Below are positions 21,183-27,015 of a DNA stretch of 27,015 nt, one piece after another. Position 1 is the first letter of the stretch. Every line of letters begins with the position of its first letter. The notes under the pieces are model-generated. The model was not told where the DNA came from. It ran no database searches and saw only the letters and a list, made by a program, of their open reading frames with translations. Made by a program: the position numbers and the translations under genes. Source of the DNA: Candidatus Woesearchaeota archaeon (GTDB lineage: Archaea; Nanobdellota; Nanobdellia; UBA10117; ARS21); contig CAZYQG010000001.1 of assembly GCA_964649785.1 (NCBI GenBank), forward strand, positions 1-27,015, given 5' to 3'.

Positions 21183-23165
21183 ATGGTTTGGGACAAGATA
21201 AAGTCTGTAGCAAAGGCTGCACCTTCGGCAGTCACCGCCGGATTATCAGGTAAACTTCTAACCTTTTTACTAGTATTTGTTTTTGCTAATATTGGTTATC
21301 TTACTGGATTTCCTCTTATTATCTATGCATGGTTTGCAGGTTCAATTGGCTGGATTGCGAACGTTATACTTGGCAGAATTGGGGCACCTCTAATTCCAGA
21401 TTTTATCTTTACCTATTCAAAAATTATTACAAAATTCGGATGGGGTTTTATTTTCAACGGTTGGTATGTTTGGTGGTTTATCCGTAGACGTCGAGCAATT
21501 AACGCTGGAGCAGGGAAAGTAGAGTTTTGGAATGGTGGATTTGGTATGATTATAAAATTTGCATGGCTTTGGGTAGTATTTAGCTTTGTATTTACAGTAT
21601 TTTATACTGGATACAATTTTAACTCTGATTTTGACTTCCCCGTAACGGGTTGTGGAATACAGCGAACTGCACAATCTCAGCTTGGACTTTCTCCAGTTTC
21701 TTGTGAGATTGAAGGGTTCAATTTAGCAGCTCAACGACAATCTGAAAAAGCAGAGTTTGCTGCAGTTACAGGAACAGGAGTGATGGGCAGGTTATTTGCA
21801 CCGTTTATGGAAGAGACGGGATTTGGAAAAGTGTTCAAATCTAAGGACGTTCAGGATGAAACTATCTTAAATGAAGCAGCAGGATCAACTTTGACTGATT
21901 TGCGCGCGCCAAAGCTAAGCTATACTGCAAACAATCGGCTTGCTGAAGATATCAAGATTTTGGCAAATATTGAAGCCAAGAATTTATTTTTGAATGCTCC
22001 TTCTGATTCTAAGATTCTAGTTAAAATTGAACCAAGCATTTCAGTTACACAATGTGGTTGTACAGGTTTTAGTTGTTTAGCTGAAGATGTGAATTATCCT
22101 TTTGAAGCATTTAATCCTCACGGAGACCAACCAATTGTTTTTGAAAATGAGGAAGAAGTTCGTTGTTTGTTAACGGCTCAAGATATACTAAGGGGTGGTG
22201 GCTTTGGTCAAGAAGAGGACGCTGGAGAAACACCTTGTTGGTGTAATTATCGATGGACTTGTAATATTGATGGAATTTCTACCGAGGATAGAATTGCTCA
22301 GAATACTTTCAGGCTTGGTAGTGGTTTCCATCAACAAATTAAATGTATTCGTCCAGGGCTGTCTTTGAGAGAAGATAAATTTGTTGATGGTGATGAAGTC
22401 AGATATGATGGATTAGGTAAGCCATTTTATGTAGATGTTGACTTTTCTTATGATGGAATTGCTGCAGCCAATAAGCAATTGTTTGTCATTGATAAGAATG
22501 TTGCACGGCAAGAACAAGATCCAATTAATGCCTTAAATTTGGGAGATTATGTAATTTCCAACTCTTTCAATGACGGAAGAGTAAGACTTGGAATTGGTAC
22601 CGATACTTTATATGAATTCGTTACTCCCGCTTATTATGAGGACTTTTCTCCAGATATCCTTGATTTGGGCGTAAGCTTTAGTGCGAATAGATATCCGGGT
22701 GGATACAGAGCTGAAATTAATAAAGTCACTTTATGGGTACAAGTTTTGGATGATTCAGTTGGATTTGTTTGCGGAACGAGAGGTTTACCTGAGAAGAATA
22801 ATGAGACCCTAAAATGGGAGATTTCAGAAGAAGATAAATGTGATCCTGAAGGAAACAGTCAAAGTGGCAATTTCAGATATGAAGGATTGGATGAGACTGA
22901 GAGTTACCATAAATTTGTTATGAATAGCGAAGAGGCGCAAGATCTTGGTGCAAAGACTGTTTTGAATCTTGGAGAAGTTGCTAATTATGAGATTAAGATG
23001 TTTATACCTGAAGAAGTGCTTGGAGGATCAAGCTATCAAGGTATTTTGATTGAATCTGAAGTCGAATACACTTATACTACACGTGATGATTTGCTAGTGA
23101 GAGTAACACATGATGTATTTGTTGTAGATGAGCCAGAAGACGCAATAGTGATTGGAATTGGTTAA
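21183..23165 (+). CDS. Large membrane-anchored surface protein (N-terminal TM bundle plus Cys-rich acidic ectodomain)
   Basis: About 4 TM segments in residues ~25-145, then an acidic ectodomain with 12 Cys. No recognisable catalytic motif. Confidence 0.75.
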   Translation: MVWDKIKSVAKAAPSAVTAGLSGKLLTFLLVFVFANIGYLTGFPLIIYAWFAGSIGWIANVILGRIGAPLIPDFIFTYSKIITKFGWGFIFNGWYVWWFIRRRRAINAGAGKVEFWNGGFGMIIKFAWLWVVFSFVFTVFYTGYNFNSDFDFPVTGCGIQRTAQSQLGLSPVSCEIEGFNLAAQRQSEKAEFAAVTGTGVMGRLFAPFMEETGFGKVFKSKDVQDETILNEAAGSTLTDLRAPKLSYTANNRLAEDIKILANIEAKNLFLNAPSDSKILVKIEPSISVTQCGCTGFSCLAEDVNYPFEAFNPHGDQPIVFENEEEVRCLLTAQDILRGGGFGQEEDAGETPCWCNYRWTCNIDGISTEDRIAQNTFRLGSGFHQQIKCIRPGLSLREDKFVDGDEVRYDGLGKPFYVDVDFSYDGIAAANKQLFVIDKNVARQEQDPINALNLGDYVISNSFNDGRVRLGIGTDTLYEFVTPAYYEDFSPDILDLGVSFSANRYPGGYRAEINKVTLWVQVLDDSVGFVCGTRGLPEKNNETLKWEISEEDKCDPEGNSQSGNFRYEGLDETESYHKFVMNSEEAQDLGAKTVLNLGEVANYEIKMFIPEEVLGGSSYQGILIESEVEYTYTTRDDLLVRVTHDVFVVDEPEDAIVIGIG

Positions 23166-23222
23166 GATGGAGAATAAAATGTTGAACAGAAGATATAAAA
23201 ATGAGGAGGGACTTTCTAAAAT

Positions 23223-24386
23223 ATGAAGCTAAGTCATGTACTAATATTCATATTGATTGTATTTCTAAGCGGATGTACAGCAGATGAATCTGTTGAGACC
23301 ACTCAATTGAGTAGCACGGGCGGACTAGTTACTGGCGTTTATGCAGACTCTCTACCTTCTAGTTTATTTGAAGGAGATCAAATATTCTTACAATTGAGCG
23401 TTGAAAATCAAGGAGATCATGATGTTGAGGCAGGTAATTATTATTTAAATATAAAGGGAATCAACCCCACAGCATACCAAGGATTAGAGGTTGCTGATTT
23501 GACCAAGATTTCAAGTACTGAATTACTTTCTTTGGGTGAATTTGGAAACGACACTATTGTTAGAGGTCAAGAAGTATTTACTATTGGAAATTCATTCCTT
23601 TATTGTAATAATATTGACAATGATTTACCACTAAACCTTCATGCTAAGACTTGTTATGATTACGGAACAACTTCTGAAATCTCAGGATGTTTCATACATT
23701 CAACAAGCTCCACGGGAGATGAAGTTTGTGTAGTTTCAGGATATAAACCAGTAACAAACAGTATTGCACCAGTAATAATTACTGAGGTTGCAGAGAGTGT
23801 CGCTGGATCATCAGACGTTAGATTCAGAGTTAAAGTTGAAAATCTTGGAGGCGGTAAAGTATTTGATAAGTACAGTAATTCTGCAGGAGTTACTCAAACA
23901 GTTCAATCATGTGAATCTCTACCTAGAGGTACTGGATGGAATGTAATTTATATTGAAGATATTACTTTAGACGGTGCTACAATAATCAATACTGATACTG
24001 ATATTGATAGTGGTTTCAGATTCGAAGGTGGTGTTGAGAGCGTAGATGGCAAACACCGATTCAGACTTGATAACACGGGAACTGGACGATTCTCATTTGT
24101 AACAGGAGTTACCGGTCTTGATTTCGTAGGAAAAGTCGAGTTCAAATTAAGTTATGGTTACTCTGAAACTGATATTTTCAGTACAACAATTAAGGCCTTG
24201 TCAGACTTTTCACCAACCTGCGAGCAAAGTGATTCTACTACTGAAGAATCAACAACCGAAGATAGTTCAAGTGGAAGCACTATAAGTGACGAAGATGGAG
24301 ATGGAATTGCTGACTCCGAGGATCAATGTCCTAACACTGCAGAAGGAGCAGCAGTTGATCCAGATGGTTGTGTACCACAGGAATAA
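23223..24386 (+). CDS. Putative lipoprotein with Ser/Thr-rich linker and C-terminal thrombospondin type 3-like Ca-binding repeat
   Basis: Lipobox-like FLSG-C at residue 18; DEDGDGIADSEDQCPNT...VDPDGC tail; GAGG-type SD upstream. Confidence 0.78.
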   Translation: MKLSHVLIFILIVFLSGCTADESVETTQLSSTGGLVTGVYADSLPSSLFEGDQIFLQLSVENQGDHDVEAGNYYLNIKGINPTAYQGLEVADLTKISSTELLSLGEFGNDTIVRGQEVFTIGNSFLYCNNIDNDLPLNLHAKTCYDYGTTSEISGCFIHSTSSTGDEVCVVSGYKPVTNSIAPVIITEVAESVAGSSDVRFRVKVENLGGGKVFDKYSNSAGVTQTVQSCESLPRGTGWNVIYIEDITLDGATIINTDTDIDSGFRFEGGVESVDGKHRFRLDNTGTGRFSFVTGVTGLDFVGKVEFKLSYGYSETDIFSTTIKALSDFSPTCEQSDSTTEESTTEDSSSGSTISDEDGDGIADSEDQCPNTAEGAAVDPDGCVPQE

Positions 24387-24388
24387 TC

Positions 24389-25384
24389 ATGAATATTCAA
24401 AAAGCAATTATTGTAATATTATTAGTAATTATTAGTGGATGTATTGGTGGAACTCAGAAAGTATCAGATGATTTTGGAATGGGCCTTGTTGGAACAGATA
24501 AAGGAATTACTTTTGAAATGTCAGACCTTCCGCCAGCAATTGGAGCAAATCAGGCATTTAATTTAGAAATCTCAGCAACTAATAGAGGTTCATATTCTGT
24601 AAATCCTGGAGACGTTCTAGTTTCGTTAAGTAGTTTCAAATCATTTGATTTTAGTTTGAAGGATGATTTCTATCAAGAAAAAGTTGGTGAAAATGGATTA
24701 ACTAATAGTAATATTCTACTCAAAGCCTTCGATTCAGATGTGGCAGGAGATTCAGCACTATTTCTATTTGAAGGAATGTCATACAAAACTAAGTCATCAA
24801 CAGACATACAAGTTCCACTTACAATTGATACGTGCTATTATTATTCTTCCCTTGCCTCAGTTAATGTTTGCGTAGCCAAAGATACTTCAAGCGATATTTG
24901 TAGTTCAAGCGAAGCCAAACAAGTAGTAAATCAAGGTTCTCCAGTCAAAATTACTGGAGTTGAACAAATAGGGAGTATTCTTACTGGCGCGGCAGATACG
25001 GGACAGGGAAAAATTACTTCCAACATTCGAATTGATGTAAGTACAAGCGGTGCGGGTAAGTTTGAATCATACTGGGAGCGAGATCCAAAAAATCCACTTT
25101 CTTGTACTAGTTCTCAAGATGCTGTTACATTAAATACCGTCAGACTCAGATCAATCAAAGTTGGAAGCCAGGAAATAATTGAGGGAGAGGAAATAGTAAA
25201 TCTCTGCGGTTCAAATTTGATAAATATTGATTCAGAGGGAAAAGGTTCAATAAATTGTAATTCAGTTCTTTTGTATGGTCAATATTCTACAGCCATTGGT
25301 GACTTTGAAGAAAGAATGGCAATTACTTTAGATTATTTAAATTCAGATAGTATTACTAAAAACTTGAAAGTGCTATCAAATTAG
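24389..25384 (+). CDS. Putative lipoprotein, paralog of 23223-24386; start reassigned from TTG 24368 to ATG 24389
   Basis: Lipobox-like IISG-C at residue 18; shares the TCY.Y....C, C....K.V.N...PV.IT.V and G.GK motifs with the preceding gene. Confidence 0.78.
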   Translation: MNIQKAIIVILLVIISGCIGGTQKVSDDFGMGLVGTDKGITFEMSDLPPAIGANQAFNLEISATNRGSYSVNPGDVLVSLSSFKSFDFSLKDDFYQEKVGENGLTNSNILLKAFDSDVAGDSALFLFEGMSYKTKSSTDIQVPLTIDTCYYYSSLASVNVCVAKDTSSDICSSSEAKQVVNQGSPVKITGVEQIGSILTGAADTGQGKITSNIRIDVSTSGAGKFESYWERDPKNPLSCTSSQDAVTLNTVRLRSIKVGSQEIIEGEEIVNLCGSNLINIDSEGKGSINCNSVLLYGQYSTAIGDFEERMAITLDYLNSDSITKNLKVLSN

Positions 25385-25417
25385 AAAGCTTATAACTTTT
25401 GTTTTGGAAAGTAGTTT

Positions 25418-25996
25418 ATGTATTCACTTGAAAATCTTCCCAACTGTAATTTGTGTACTGAACTTTCTTTAACTAGAACGCAAGTAGTTGTTGGTGATGG
25501 ATTCACTGAAGGTCCTAAAATTGTTTTTGTTGGTGAAGCTCCAGGAGCAAATGAAGATATTCAAGGCAAACCTTTTGTTGGCAGGTCTGGACAAATATTG
25601 CGTAAAACTCTTGAAGCCTTGGGGTTCTCTGAAAAAGACTACTATATTACAAATGTTGTAAAATGTCGTCCTCCTGGAAATCGTGATCCAAAGCTGGAAG
25701 AAGCTAAGAACTGTTTTCCCTATTTACAAATGCAATTAGAAAAATTCAATCCACGAATTATTTGTTCGCTTGGTGCTCATGCTACTAAATATTTAATTTC
25801 GAACGGAGATTTTGAAAACGTAAATAAGAAAACTATTTCAGAAAATCGAGGAAATATCGTTAATATTAAACTTGGTAGTAAGTCTTACAAATTAATGCCT
25901 TGCTATCATCCTGCAGCAACAATTTACAATCAAAAATTAAGAGATACCTTTGTTGGAGATTTGAAAAAACTCAAAGAGATTGCTTACCCAATATAA
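25418..25996 (+). CDS. udg: Uracil-DNA glycosylase, family 4 (4Fe-4S)
   Basis: CxxC, VGEAPG..ED..G.PFVG.SG, NVVKCRPP.NRDP, a further Cys, and YHPAA. Confidence 0.95.
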   Translation: MYSLENLPNCNLCTELSLTRTQVVVGDGFTEGPKIVFVGEAPGANEDIQGKPFVGRSGQILRKTLEALGFSEKDYYITNVVKCRPPGNRDPKLEEAKNCFPYLQMQLEKFNPRIICSLGAHATKYLISNGDFENVNKKTISENRGNIVNIKLGSKSYKLMPCYHPAATIYNQKLRDTFVGDLKKLKEIAYPI

Positions 25997-26757
25997 CTCA
26001 TGTCTCCAGCTTTTCCAGACATTCGTTTTACTGTTTTTGTTAAAACTTTATTTCCTTTTTCTCGTTCTTTTTCTTCTTGAACAATTTCTTCATCCAATTC
26101 TTTCAGATCAATATCTAAGCCGAGTAAGTCTTTCAGAACTTTAAGTAGTTCTTTTGCTTCTTTCAATCCAATATGGAATTGATGACCAAAAGTTTCAACA
26201 ATTAATCCAACACCTTCAATATCATTTAGTTTTCCAATTCCAAGAAGTAATCCTGTTGCACCAACAATTGCGTCAGCTTTTGTTTTATTAAAAATTATAC
26301 CTTCGCTTCGTTTACTAAATTCTGCTTTTATTTCTTTAGACGTTGCAGCTCCGTAAATTTTTGGATTCTTTGGTTCAGACATTGTTCCAATTCCTCCAAG
26401 AGTAATCATTTCTTTACAACCTAACTCTTTAATCTTTTCAACTATTAGATTGCTAAATTGATAACTTGCTTCTTCATCAACTGGTTGAACATCTCCAGCA
26501 AGTAGAAGCAAATCTTGATTATCTACCTTTGCTGAGTAAATTTTTACAACTGGCATTTCAACCAAATTGCTGTCATTTACAAATACTGAGTGTGGAAAAC
26601 TTGTTGAATATATTTCGCAAACCGGAGTCGGTTCAAATTTATCAATTAGAAAATCTACTGCAATTTTACCAACATTTCCCACACCAGGAAGCCCTTCAAT
26701 TAAGATAGGATTCTTCAATTTCGGGGAATTTATTTTTTTAACTAAATATCGTTCCAT
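25984..26757 (-). CDS. PAC2 family proteasome assembly chaperone-like protein
   Basis: LIEGLPGVGNVGK, GDVQP, ITLGG, IVGATGLLLG and LIVET. Downstream of aIF2alpha, as in the conserved operon. Confidence 0.9.
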   Translation of the reverse strand: MERYLVKKINSPKLKNPILIEGLPGVGNVGKIAVDFLIDKFEPTPVCEIYSTSFPHSVFVNDSNLVEMPVVKIYSAKVDNQDLLLLAGDVQPVDEEASYQFSNLIVEKIKELGCKEMITLGGIGTMSEPKNPKIYGAATSKEIKAEFSKRSEGIIFNKTKADAIVGATGLLLGIGKLNDIEGVGLIVETFGHQFHIGLKEAKELLKVLKDLLGLDIDLKELDEEIVQEEKEREKGNKVLTKTVKRMSGKAGDMSYIG

Positions 26758-27015
26758 TATTTTATCTCCACAGACTCAATTGTTCCTTTTTCTTTATTTA
26801 ATTGTTTAGATAAAGAATCGAATAACTCTTCTACAATTTTACTTGCCCCTTTTCTGTCAGGATGTTTAAATTCAAAACGGTAGATTGGCGCACCAATATA
26901 TTTCACAATTAATTCACCATCTTTTTCTTCTGCAAACTTAATCGCATCTTTGACTGTCTTTTTTATAACTTCAAGACCATTTGGAGATTTAGACTCCATT
27001 GTAACTTTGAATTTT
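26757..27015 (-). CDS. eif2a: Translation initiation factor 2 alpha subunit, C-terminal part (runs off the right edge)
   Basis: Frame stays open to the edge (KFKVT precedes the track's ATG). SPNGLEVIK...YIGAPIYR is the aIF2alpha C-terminal domain. Confidence 0.88.
   Translation of the reverse strand, partial: KFKVTMESKSPNGLEVIKKTVKDAIKFAEEKDGELIVKYIGAPIYRFEFKHPDRKGASKIVEELFDSLSKQLNKEKGTIESVEIK

Noticed and set aside
24288-24386. OmpA-family protein or bacterial contamination
   Set aside because: A TSP3-like repeat is present, but there is no OmpA domain or beta-barrel, and the flanking genes are archaeal.
1-27015. tRNA, rRNA, CRISPR arrays, transposases or integrases
   Set aside because: None recognised by eye. 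Intergenic gaps other than 14555-14937 are about 105 bp or less, AT-rich and show no cloverleaf. tRNAscan-SE was not run.

Overview
Window from a compact, AT-rich archaeal chromosome. The streamlined operons, missing accessory genes and surface-protein types suggest a DPANN lineage (inference). The core content is information-processing genes: rpoE1-spt4-rps24e-rps27ae, srp54-rpl21e-rpoF-DUF655, rps19e-rpl39e-rpl31e-eif6-pfdA-ftsY, HemK-type MTase, DRG-type GTPase-hjc, pelota, family-4 UDG and aIF2alpha-PAC2. Two genes missed by the ORF track were recovered by hand: Spt4 (928-1074) and L39e (13046-13222). Main discoveries: (1) An AT-rich five-gene cassette (DUF4254, GT9-like, dNMP-kinase-like, HAD, GT4) is bounded by a perfect 25-bp direct repeat (5250-5274 and 9983-10007). 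A third, degenerate copy forms the 3' end of ftsY. All three copies read as the peptide EIIKxIL-stop, which suggests integrase-less cassettes stacked in tandem between ftsY and srp54. (2) Spt4 has lost its whole zinc ribbon, and S27ae keeps only 1 of 4 Cys. (3) A ~295-nt structured non-coding RNA candidate (14590-14884) that I cannot assign to a known class. (4) A four-gene operon of exported, Cys-paired surface/lipoproteins (20018-25384). (5) Recurrent ultra-compact promoter geometry: single bidirectional TATA boxes, and TATA boxes built from the upstream gene's stop codon. All calls come from motif recognition by eye; no database search was run.
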